In this document: positions 48,501-59,612 of the stretch, piece by piece
Numbering within the stretch: position 1 is the stretch's first letter
Layout of the letters: every line of letters begins with the position of its first letter
Origin: Amoebophrya sp. A120
Taxonomy: Eukaryota; Protista; Dinoflagellata
Direction: 5' to 3'
DNA length: 64,000 nt
Assembly: GCA_905178155.1 (NCBI GenBank)
Contig: CAJINV010000014.1
Span: 778,116 to 842,115, forward strand
Program-made: the position numbers and the translations under genes
Notes under the pieces: model-generated
What the model was told of the DNA's origin: nothing
Database searches by the model: none
Seen by the model: the letters and a program-made list of their open reading frames with translations, nothing else

Positions 48501-51150
48501 GAAAGAATTTGTCATGCATAAAATGGATGCCAGTTGGAACCCAGTTTCCAAGTGGCGCATGACAAATCTCGGTGGCCCCTAAATCCTGTTTGTCGTGCTG
48601 TTTAGGCAAAGAAGAGTGATTTTCTCATGCTACTTTAGCAGCTCGAGCTGTAACCCCCAACAGGCTTACAATCGGCCTCACTTGCCTGCTCTGCAACACA
48701 CGTACCTCGGGCCATGCATTTTATGCATTACAGATTATTTCAACTTTGACGATTTCAAACCTGACGCTTCCATAGTCCGCCACGTGGTAGTAAAAGAACA
48801 GATTCGCCATTTTGTCGTCTCGGATCCACTTATCAACGGAGCACTTGTATATGGGATCGCTTCAACGATTAAAATTAAAAAAATTAATTTTTATTTATTC
48901 AAGAGGTCATACAAAATGAAAATCATCAGAGTGCGACGTGGAAACTGCCGTCGTCGCGGGCCTCCGAGGTGAACGTCTCCGGATTGTGTTTTGTTTATGG
49001 TAATGAAATAGCTAGACACGTCCCAACTTCAGCTAGTTAAAATGGTATGTAGTTGAACAAGGTTTAAGAATGCAAAGGAAGCAGGAAGCTTGGCTCCGTC
49101 TTTGCGGCCCACAAGCTGGGCGTCTGCGTGGTCCCTCGCTCTCCGGCTCGTCTGGGGCCCCGTCACGTAGCAGCGACGCTATGCTGGTTTCGACCGGTGG
49201 AGTTTATGGGGCAATGTGATGGCTTTCGAATACATCCCAAGAGGAAGCTGGTGCGGCAAAGCCTGAAAATGTGTGGCGTTGTAGTATTGAGATCTCGCAC
49301 CTCAACGGACGGAGCAACTTTCGTGGTTTTGGTCATCAGTTTCAGAGTGGGAGTTCCTGAGTTCCTTTTAGAGCTGGAGGATCGCGATTAATTAGACGCC
49401 CAGAGACGTCCAAGAAGACGTCTATTTTCCGCGATATGGAAATGGATTGACTAAGTGGGAATAGCCAAAGTTAATGACGTCCCTGGGGACGTCTCTGGGA
49501 GACGTCCCGCAAGCTCATTTTTGGCATCAAAATGAGGCGCGTCAAAAGTTGACGCTTTTCCTTACGAAAAAGCTACTCTTTAGGATGCTTTTGCCCAACA
49601 TATCCGCAGCGTCGCCTCCTCCACCGTTCTGCTCGCGATACTCCTGCAGGGCCTCACTGGGCTCCGTGTCGGTTGGCGTCGCCTTCTCCGGGCCCAAGAT
49701 ATCGGCCAGCAGCTCTTCTCTGCGCGCGTGGATCCCCCCCATGTATTTCCGGCGTCCGGAGGGGGCGCGGAGGAGGGCCCGGATCGCCCTGGCGACGTTC
49801 TCCATACCAAGGCGCTTGGTATTAGAACTGCTACTGCCGCGATGACAGACTCCAGCTTCCATATCATTTCAACTAGCTTAAGTTGGGACGTGTCTAGTTA
49901 TTTCATTACCATGAACAAAACACAAGCCGGAGATGTTCACCTGGGAGGCCCGCGACGGCGGCAGTTCCCGCATCACCTTCTGATGATTTTCATTTTATAT
50001 AACCCCTTGAATTGCAAAAAAATAATTTTTTTTATTTTAATCGTTGAAACGATCCCATATTGTAGACCATCGACTCCTCCTATTACAATGAAAAATGCCC
50101 CTACCCCAGAATTTGAAAAAATTTCTGATGCAAAGTCTCCAAATGCAAACGTTTTGTCTTGCATGGAAGGACTACGAGTCTTTCTGATGCAGAATATAGA
50201 CGCGCAAGGAATCTTTTGCATAAGAGATCCGGCTGGTTCTGGGCTCTTTGCACTGCAAATTTTACCCATTCAGCATGGAAAGTTTGTGATGCTGCTATAT
50301 GCAAGACGGGGAATGTTTCTGTTGGAAAGATTTGCAACACAAATCCTGCCAAGTTCTGGGGTGGGAGCATTTTTCGTTTTAATACCTCCCCCTCCTGCAG
50401 CGCTTCGCCGATCAGATTTGGCGTGGACACGGGCAAGGATTCGTCGCTGGCTTCGTCGTCAGAATCTGATGAATCTTGTTCAGAATTATTTTTGTCGCCT
50501 TCTTGTTCCTTCTTCTCCCGCTTCGATTTCTTACTCGCTTGATGTTGTTGTTGGCCCTCAGCGGTGGTCGTACTACTTGAGGTCGCTGTGCCATTCGCTG
50601 CTGGTGTGGCTGTAGGCACGGCTTGCCCTACAGCTACTGGGACGGCTTGCCCCACAGCAGCCACCGGAACAACGGCTTGCCCCACAGTCGTGCCCATCGG
50701 AACGGCCACCCCAACGACCGCACCAGCTTGCTGCTGTTGCACAACAGCGTTCCCCAGCGTGGCGCCTGTTTGTTGACCGTTCGCCTCCTGCAGTCCGGCT
50801 GTAGTCGTTTTGGCAGCGTTATTTTTTTCCTCATCTGCTTCTTCACTGGATTCTTCTGAGCTGGACTCTTTTTCCAAGTCTGCGATGTCTTTTAAAAGCT
50901 CCTCGTTCGCGATATCGACCGCTCGTTTGGCGACCAGGGCCTTCGCCACCGGGTCCCACACCAGCTCTTCCGTGCTTTGTTTCGGTTTCTTCGGCAGCCT
51001 GTTCGCAGCTCCATTGTTCCCCGCGTTCGTAGTGCTGCCTTGCGCGCCGCCTTGCTTGCTGCCTATCCCTTTGTCCAGGGCCTGGGGGACAAGCGCCGCG
51101 GAAAAGGCCCCACCGAAAAGCCGCGTTTGCTGAGGATTTTTCTTACTCAT
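45582..51150 (-). CDS. Multidomain protein: aromatic OCRE-like stretch, degenerate KH-like domain, C-terminal FHA-like domain
   Basis: Frame restored across 6 introners: EALQEGEESMVYKCSVDKWIRDD...FFYYHVADKKLYCWN; VYEIPEKLFNRV...QVEVAGTPRQI (KH-like); HCRIHDMFGYWHVTSC...ILVDGEKV...PMPLRDGSVIVVGKTLL (FHA-like). Two linking GT-AG introns are inferred. Confidence 0.6.
45900..46151. mobile_element. TIR introner, family D
   Basis: Family-D TIRs; DR TAGCT. Confidence 0.95.
46193..46455. mobile_element. TIR introner, family A
   Basis: TATGCATTGCAAATATGTCTGGGTCTGGAAG at both ends; DR CCGAT. Confidence 0.95.
46549..46827. mobile_element. TIR introner, family B
   Basis: TATCCTGAGTAAAAACGTACCCACACCAGAGT at both ends; DR GGCGA/GTCGA. 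Confidence 0.95.
48468..48774. mobile_element. TIR introner, family E
   Basis: Homologous to 30586-30892; DR GTCCG. Confidence 0.95.
48850..50059. mobile_element. Long (1210 bp) TIR element/introner with ~200-bp TIRs, family L
   Basis: TATGGGATCGCTTCAACGATTAAAAT... (48850-49049) is inverted at 49860-50059; perfect DR TTGTA; removal gives ESMVYKCSVDKW. Confidence 0.92.
50081..50384. mobile_element. TIR introner with B/C-intermediate TIR
   Basis: TATTACAATGAAAAATGCCCCTACCCCAGAA...TTCTGGGGTGGGAGCATTTTTCGTTTTAATA; DR CCTCC. Confidence 0.9.
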
Positions 51151-52597
51151 GATGCCGAAATTTCGGATTTTGAGGAAATTCTTCTAGAAAAGGGAGTGTA
51201 CTTCTTGCGTCAACATGATCTCGCGTCGAAGAAAAATGTTACTTTTAAAAAGGGGGGCCATGCTACAATTGTTCTGTTTGAAGCACCAGAACCACGATGC
51301 GTACACCCATAAGAAGAAGAACAATTATGATCTAAGTATTTCTTTTCTAAAGAGTGATCTATTTCGTCAATCAATGTTGTGAATAGGTTCATGTGGGAGG
51401 TTCGCTGTGTCATAAAGGGAAGAGGATCGGTGCCAGATCAAAGTAGCAGAGAAGTCCTGGTATGCCGCACACGAGCATGCAGATCGGTGATTCTTTTTTC
51501 ACAATGAATTCACTATCAAATAGAATGCCAGCTGGAACTATCTTCAGATGCAAAAATTGAAACTCCACTTCGTTTTTGCTCGCCCAGCTGGGACGTCATC
51601 TGCGGGCGAATAGACGTGGGCATTCTAGAATTCAAAGATCTTGAAAGGAAGTAGTACTATTTCATGCAAGAAGACTTCAACATCTGCTTTGACTATTTCG
51701 ATTCGAGAACGAAAGACTTGTTCTATGGCCACTAAAAGACCACGTACAGTGCAGCTGCGAAGAAGACTAATTTATTATGTCTATCATGAACTACAACGAA
51801 CCATGATCCCTCACTTTCACGACAGCTGCACGGACCAATTTTCATTCGAGCAGAACGAGAACATCGTGCACGGCCGCCAGATATTATTTTGCAGCCCTCA
51901 TTTCAGTCCGTCGTGCCGTCATTGTGTTGTGGTGATTGGGACGAAAAGGAAGCTTGATACAATCAGGGTGTGATAATTTATCATGATTTTCTTTATGCCT
52001 TTCGCTTTAAACTCTTTCGCGCGATGATGAGAAAACTCAGACTAGTTGTTCGCAGAAGTTCGTCACAGATAAACAAAAAAGTGTCGCTTTTATTTATTTT
52101 TGTACATGACAAAATAAACTCGAATGACGATGACCTCATGTACATGTTGTTTGTATTCTCATAATCAACCGCCTTGTTAACTGCCTTCTACATCAGGATC
52201 CTCGTATGGCGTTTTGCTGGATTTCGTATTTTTCTTCAGCAATGATCAGTCACCTCATGAAGAGACCTCCATCCCCGATCTTCTCGATGGAAAGGTTTCT
52301 ACTTTGCGCTTTTCCAATTCTTCTAGAGGAAGCGACTACTAGGACCGCCGCGGCCGCCGGTGTCCTTGACGAATAGATGTCTTGATTTTATTTTTCGAGT
52401 GTACAAACTAACAACACGTGGGCGTCGGTGGGTTCATGGGGAGTAGTAGTAGAAAAGTCAGTACAAAAGAAAAACTAGAAGGGAAAGAGATCTTGGATCT
52501 GAAAAAATTCTTTATTTTCAAAAAATCTCGTCGTCTTCAAGTAGTAGTAGAATAACTGCTGGCACTAGTGAACTAGACAGATCTTTTCCGGATCCTT

Positions 52598-55500
52598 CTA
52601 CAGGATGTGCTTCTTCTCCCAGTTCCGGAAGCGCTGGTACAGAGCGAGACCAGCGAGCAGAATGATTCCGACGGCGCACAGCGAGATGAACAAACTCCAC
52701 TGGTGCCCGCTGCTCAGGGACTCCAGAACCGCGTTGTTGGTCTGTGGAATTTCATCATGTTGGAGGATGAGGATCACCAGGCGCATCGTGAACAATTACA
52801 CCACGTACAAAGAAGGTGGCAGTGGCATGACCCAGTCATTTTCTGGAATAGAAATGAGTACGCTGCGCAAATGCGCACAAAATGAAATTCAAAGGCAAAA
52901 CAAAATTCCGACAAGGAAACAAAAATGCAAGAAAGTATGTAAGGGCCCAGGGCGCTGGACTGCCGGCGGCTGGATTTGCGCGCAAGTTGCGCGGGCGTGT
53001 GCTCTGCGCGTGTCCTTGGCCAAGCCAGTCGCCGAGGCTGCAACGCTCTGAGCCACACCAGGAGGAGGCGCTTGGGCGACCGAATGAAATGCAGCCAGGC
53101 GGCTGGACTTGCGCGCAAGCGGCACGGGCGTTCGCTCCTTCTCTCTGTGGGTGCCCGTGGCAAGCTCGGCCGCCTAAGCATTTTCCAGCGCCCACTCGGA
53201 GCCACACCAGAAGGCGACCAGCAGGGCTGTTTCCACCATGGGACTTCTGCGAAAGGGAGGGACTTTTTTCAGTTTTCCGGCTTCCGGGAAATTTCTGCTT
53301 AGTAGGTTTCCGCTACGCTTGGCCCTTGGCGGTGGGCAGCGTGCGCCGGGGGGCCACGGGCGGATGCCTCCAGGCGGCGCCTGCCTGACCTTGGGCTGGC
53401 CCCCTGGGGGCCGGGGCCTTCGGTGGTGCCCCCAAGGCGTGGCCCTCGGTACCCCGGGAAGGGCCCCCGGGCATCACAAGGCGGCAGCAGGCGGCCGCTT
53501 TTGCGAATCTCCCGCCGTACCCCCCGCCCGGGGGGGCGGGGCCGGCTTTGTTGCGGGAAGCCCCCGCCGGGCGGAGGCCGTCAAGCGCCGCACCACCTGG
53601 CGCGACCCCCTTGGGAGGTCTTCGACGCCCCTTGAGCGAGGCCTCGGGCTTCGCGAGCCAACTGCTTTTGCGGGCTTTCATTACGCCAGACCCCGTGGCG
53701 GGCCTTCGGGCGACTTCAAACAAGCAAGGAAGCAAGCCGCACACCTTCGCACGGCGCCCCTCGCGGGGCACGGGCGGCTTCGGATGGTGCTCCCTTCCTC
53801 CCGCTTCGGCCCTCGGGGTGGTCTGCCGGGCCACCCCTTGGAGGGGGCCTCGGGCATTGCAAGCCTGACGCAGGTTTCTGCCTTTGCACACTTTCCGACC
53901 GACCGACCGCGCGCCAATTCCTTCGGGGGGCCAGCCTTCGGCGAATCTCGCGCGGACAGCTTCAGGCGGCGCCGCATCTCGCGCTACCTCCCTTGGGGGG
54001 CCTTCGGTACCCCGCGGGGGGGGTCTTCGATGCCCCTTGGCGGGGGCCTCGGACATTGCAAACTTTGAGCAGGCTGCTGCCTTTGCAGCACTTCCCGCCC
54101 GCCCCTTCGGGGGGCCAGCCTTCGGGCGCATTTGGCGGGCCCCCAGGGTTTACGTTGGGCCTGTCTTGAATAGTGTTGATGCTTACGGCTGCTCCCTGAC
54201 CCTGTCCATCAAGATAGGGTCGGCCAAACGGCCGACCCCCATCTTGTATAATTCAAAGGCAAAACATAAAATTCCGACAGGGAAACAAAAATGCAAGATG
54301 AAAGTACCTCCGTCAGTTTTTCCAAGGCGCCGCCCATGGTGCTGCCACGCATCTGCTCCAGATCGTCGTGCAGGTATCCTGTGTAAAAACGTCCCCACCC
54401 CAGAGTTGTCATGCAAATGCGCAATGGCAGGAACATTTGTAATGCGCAGCTCCATGAGAGGCATTTTCAATCGTGTTTTGGAATTAGCAATGCTGTAAAC
54501 AGGATGAGAAAGCGGCTTTCTCATGCGGCTTCCCTTGCTAACCGGAACTACACTGCGAAGGCAAACTTGTCATGCGCAACTCCCAAAACTTGGAGATTTG
54601 TCTAGCAGATTTCCCATCTTGACTCTGGAGAGGGACGTTTTTGCTCAGGATAGCAGGGCTTGCATCTTCTCCTTTCGTCGCTCGGTCTCCGAGTTGGCAG
54701 TCTGTGGATTTAGTGGGAGACAAGGGGGTCTTTTTTCTAAGTACTGCGGCCACACTACAATTCCTCTTCTGAATCTGAATCTTCGTCACGGCGCATGATC
54801 ACAGAAAGATGATGATCGTGTTATTCAGATTCCGCACCAAAAATCATAATCATCCAGATCGATAAAGAAAAAAGATTTGTACACGTACTATAGATACTAC
54901 GTACCTGACTCAGCTGCACGAGTTCCGCCTTGATGTCGTCGAATTCTTTGTCTAGATCGTGGCCCTATCAAGTGCAAAAATGTCTGGGTCTGGAAGAGTG
55001 TAAACTTGTCATGCAGATTTTCCATGACCCATGAGGTCTGGAATGCGGCACTTAGCATGGCAGACTCTGCGAGGTCTCTGCCATGCCTGTCCTGCATGAG
55101 AAACTCCCTCCCAACTTGGTCGAAAGTGGACAGCTTTATTTGACACTCATGCAACACAGATTTTCGTATGCTTCAGATTTACCATGACAAGTTACCACCT
55201 TCCAGACCCAGACACATTTGCAATTCATAGCCCCGTTTTCTGGTTGATTTCCTGCTTCAACTCGCCGAAAATTTTCTCCAAACTGATAACCCGCTGGGAC
55301 AGGGACAACACGGTCCGCTCCATCTCTCGCCGGACGGGCTCCGTCTCCGCGATCAGTTTCATCACCTGAAAGAATGCAGTTTTGGCTTGGATTTCCGAGG
55401 AAAATCTGCGGAATTTCTTCCTGACATGACCCCTCTGTTACGGCTCTTTGATCGCCGCGTCACTTGTAACAAGTTTATTTGTCCACTGCAAATAATTATA

Positions 55501-57958
55501 CTGATACTTGTATAAGTACATCTACAACACAGCACAACGATCTATAGGCTAGTGTTGGTTGTCGTGCATTCCTAGCTACTTACTCATACCATGTTCGTGA
55601 GTTGGTGAATCGCGGCGCTCTCTTCCCGGTGCTCCTTGAGCGCGCCGTGCTCGTATAGAAAGTCCCCGTGCATGTCCTCCCCAGGTTTGTCGCTTTGGAC
55701 TTTTCTTTCCTGCACTTTCACACTCTGGTCGAAATTCTTCACTTCAAGCTCCCATCTGTGGTAATATTTTTCAATTTTTGAAGTTTTTCTTCGTTCTCCC
55801 TCAAGGAGTGTCGAAGTCGATGTCGATCGATCGTCATGCATATGCATATGCACATACACATTGTCATTGCGCCGCGTCGATGCACGACACTACAAAAATT
55901 AATAAAAAACGCGCTGCATCATAAATGAAGGCTCCGGCGAAATACACCTCGTCCCTCCAATTGCAATTTTATGCAACTCATGTCTTTTTTTGATAAGCAA
56001 AAATGAAATCGCGAAAATACAGTCGCGTTGTATCGAAGTCCCGGTGGCCCCCGGTGTAATCCACCGCCTCGTCGTCGGTAAAAGTTGTGAACCCCAGGAC
56101 CGCGTTTTTTGGCAGGGACTTGTTTTCGTCCAGCAGCACCGTGTACTGGTTTTTCCCCGCCTCCCCAATCTCCACCTTTACGTTATTCGGGGTCACGCGA
56201 ATCTTCACGTGCATGTGGCCCGGCATGTTTCGGAAGTTCACCTTCTTCGCCAGTGCGGAGGGAATGTCGCCGTTGGTGTACAGAGACTTCGTCCCGTCGT
56301 TCACGGCAGCGACGATGGCTATTGAGAGGAAAAATCCCCCCTCCTCATACCAAAAAAGGATACTCCCGAAAATTTGTGATGCTGATTTGTGGCCACGAAT
56401 CGTCCCTGTATTGCTGGAAGGCAAATCCAGAGACTCCGCCAGGTTTTGCAGGCAATTTGTAATGCTGTGTGGCCTACAGAGGACCCGCCTGCCTTGCTAG
56501 GCGCCTACACCAAAACGCCCCTGCTCCGGCTTTGTATCTGTCTGCAGTCCTCTACTGCAAGACAAACCCGATTTGTGTACACAAATCCCGCATCACAGAT
56601 TTTCACTTTGATATGGGGAGGGGGGATTTTTCATTTTCATAATGGCCTGCTCGGATTTGGAAATGGGCGTGGAACCGGTTTGGTACTCCACCGTGCGAGG
56701 GGTAAAAAGAACCCCCAAACCGTTCCACTTCGATCGGTAGGCCATCACGTCGCGCGAAACCTGATGCGTTTTTTATTCTTATGCTGTATGAGGCATAGTA
56801 CTATATGCTATCTAAGATCAAAATCATTTTCTTTGCACAGACAACTATACTTATTTATCAGGGACCAGCACACGCGAAAGACGAAGCACTGTCATGATGC
56901 CACTACCAGGGTGTTGTACTAGGTGCTGGAATATGAACATCACACACAATAAAAGCTGCTCTAATAAATTATTTACCTTATTCAGCGTAAGGCCGAGAGT
57001 CTGGGTGCGCATGTACACTGGGTCGCCTAGGATATCCGTGATATGTTTGCCCGTCGCATCGGGATCTTCGACAAACCTGTCAAATTTTTCACAAAATTAT
57101 AATTCCATCTGTCTCACATTCATTTTCATGCACAGAATCAGAAGCCCAACAAAAATAAACGAAATGCGTCATGCGTCCACTATACTTCTTCACATAACCA
57201 AAAATTAGCAGGTACCAGAACGCAAACCCCTGCTTGTGCGGGATGTTGGTGGTTTGGGGATCCGTGGTGACGGAGAACTTGAACGAGATTTCTACGTCGT
57301 TGCTCGGGCTCGGGTTCTTGGACCACAGGTAGCCCGCTCTGCCCGGCACGCCCACGCCGAGAATGATACACTTGTCGTCGCCCTGCGGGTGCGCCGTGCC
57401 CTTCAGGTGCCAGGAGTCGTCGAGCAGGTGGTGAGACACAGGGAAGGGTAGGGACAGGTCGGGAATAGGGGATTGGGCAGAAACAAAGGTGGTCGCCATG
57501 AAGGAGCTGGAGGAGCCCCCCATCATAGAAGAAGTACTATGCTGAGTCGTCATGGTGGAAAAAAACAGTGCAGCGGTGGAGAAGAGGGAAGTCGTACGTC
57601 TGCTTATTTTTCGGGAAAAAGACGATATTTTTGGCGAGGACCTCCCGGTAGTTGATGAAGATCTCAACATCCCTCTCGCCCGGGGGACGTCTACGTGCGG
57701 CAGCGGTTCTGCCTCGTCGTGTAGCAATCCAAATTCGCCCAGACTTTGCTCTTCCCCTCTACTGGTGATGCAGCATTCCTCCTCCGCAGCTGCCGTCGTA
57801 CTTCGTTGCGACTCCCTTGGGCTGCTGGGGTAGGCTGGTGTTTTATAATTTGGTCGCTGCGTGGAAGTCGGGAACGCATCTTCCTCAAGCTCCGATACTT
57901 GTTCATCTCGCCCCTGCATGCGCGCAAAATGCATGCGCGACGAGGTTGCTCGTTCCAT
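52598..57958 (-). CDS. ERGIC-53/VIP36-type L-lectin cargo receptor
   Basis: WHLKGTA...GRAGYLWSKNP...ISFKFSV...QGFAFWY lectin domain, then coiled coil, then TM helix LFISLCAVGIILLAGLALY and di-lysine-like tail EKKHIL*. Start uncertain. Confidence 0.8.
52886..54306. repeat. GC-rich 1.3-kb degenerate tandem-repeat block between ~55-bp direct repeats, inside the last lectin intron (52742-54307)
   Basis: AATTCAAAGGCAAAACA...ATTCCGACA.GGAAACAAAAATGCAAGA..AAAGTA at 52886 and 54250; two ~135-bp units (52961, 53094); about four ~200-bp units (53400-54130). Confidence 0.8.
54375..54652. mobile_element. TIR introner, family B
   Basis: Family-B TIRs; DR GCAGG. Confidence 0.95.
54966..55229. mobile_element. 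TIR introner, family A
   Basis: Family-A TIRs; DR GGCCC/GCCCC. Confidence 0.95.
56320..56641. mobile_element. TIR introner, family C
   Basis: Family-C TIRs; DR ATGGC. Confidence 0.95.
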
Positions 57959-59612
57959 TTTTTCTGAACGCACTTATTGCTGTAATTTCCGAATTATTTA
58001 TAGAGGACGCAGACTCTGCGTCGAGGAACCAAGGATGATAGAGTAGTTAACTTCACTGACCGAGTGTAATAGTGTCGGTCTTTGACAGAAAATCTAAAAA
58101 ATCTACGTATCAACCGCACGAGGCATGGAGAAGGGTTGGAATCAACAAAACTTTTGGTTTTCAAATGGAATTATAAAACTCGACGTGCTAAAAAAAACTT
58201 CACACGGTAGCACGGACAAAAGAAAAGGCCGTGTTATCGCGGGCATGTGAATAAAAACGTTCGTAAGGGCGCAAAATGAGTTCTAGAATATTTTTCATTC
58301 GTTTCACCTTTCGGCCAGATCATTCAATGCGGTCCTCGTAGATCTTTGAAATTTCAAAAAAAAACTTACTACTGCTGCTGTGTCGCCTCATTCTATTTTT
58401 AGTTCTAAATAAGAAAGGAAAATTGTGTGAAAACGGCATTACAATGTTGAAATGTCGCTGTGACGAGACTATGTAGGTCGTGCGAAGTTGAAGTTCATTT
58501 GCAAACTAGCCAACATACAAATGCCGAGAACAAAGCGAGCTCTTCGAAGATCTTTTCTAGTACCCAAAAATGACAGCCGACGAGTTGATTCTACAACTTC
58601 CGTGTGCATTTCTTGTGTTGATCCTTTTCCTTCCACGTACACGTGGTAAAGTACAAATCATTAATAGTTGCGAGAAATACCTCAAATCCGTACTACCGAC
58701 ACTTGCTCTACTTCTGGAGTCGATTTAGTAAGAGGCACGACCCCACTACATTTTTTTTTCTTACTTTTGTACGTCGTGAAAAATCAACTATACTTCGTCC
58801 CTGCGACTATGGTGCGCGACCCTTTTGCCAGAACTACTTGGCGGCCGGTTTATGGAGTGGCTCTGTATGTAACTAATTTTGTCGGCAGCTGCACACACGA
58901 TGATCCGCGTTTCTTTGCAGCTTGGAATATGAGATTATAATTTCCTCTATCAGATCTTACACGGCGTGGTCTGCCACTAAGGCTAATGGTCCCGCAATAT
59001 TCATCTAATACCTGAAAGCATAGCAGGCTCATCACCTTGTGTGAAGATGTGTTGTCGTCAAATAAGCAATCACACAGCCTGTTTGCGATGCTAGAGATCA
59101 TCGTTGCGCTGGCAACACTTTCGAGTTCGTTGTGCTCGTGTGCCGACAAACCAACGACCACGACGACCTGCGGGTAGTTTGCTATATTTGCATTCACTAT
59201 CACAAGAACATCGTGAAAAAGAAAATCAACACCACAAAATGCTGCAGGGTTTTTGAGCCAGCAGAGGATTGAGGCCAATTATATCGACTTCACAGACGGG
59301 ACTACCGCCCTGTTTCCAAACATTCCTTTTTCTTGAAACAATTTTACACTTACAGGAGCAGAAGTTCGTTCTGATTCTTCTTTTTTTCTTTAGTACATAT
59401 ATCATGGGGAGTTCGAGTTCTTTGCGTCTGATGTCCTCATGGCATCTGCAATTCGAATTGTACAATAGAATTAGGTTCTGAAGGGAAATCAATTCACATG
59501 ATTCTCCTCCAACGGCATGTTCATCGGTATCGATCTCCTCCGTGGCCTCCCAGAAGGCCGAATCTCCGTGCTGCTGCTTTTAACAATATTCTCCTCCCCC
59601 CCCTCAGCCGGC

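Noticed and set aside
53238-54131. Long overlapping ORFs (276 aa plus, 272 aa minus) as genes, or the block as rRNA, SRP, RNase P or telomerase RNA
   Set aside because: Stop-poor GC-rich repeat DNA gives ORFs in many frames and the repeat units shift frame. I found no diagnostic conserved motifs of those RNAs by eye.
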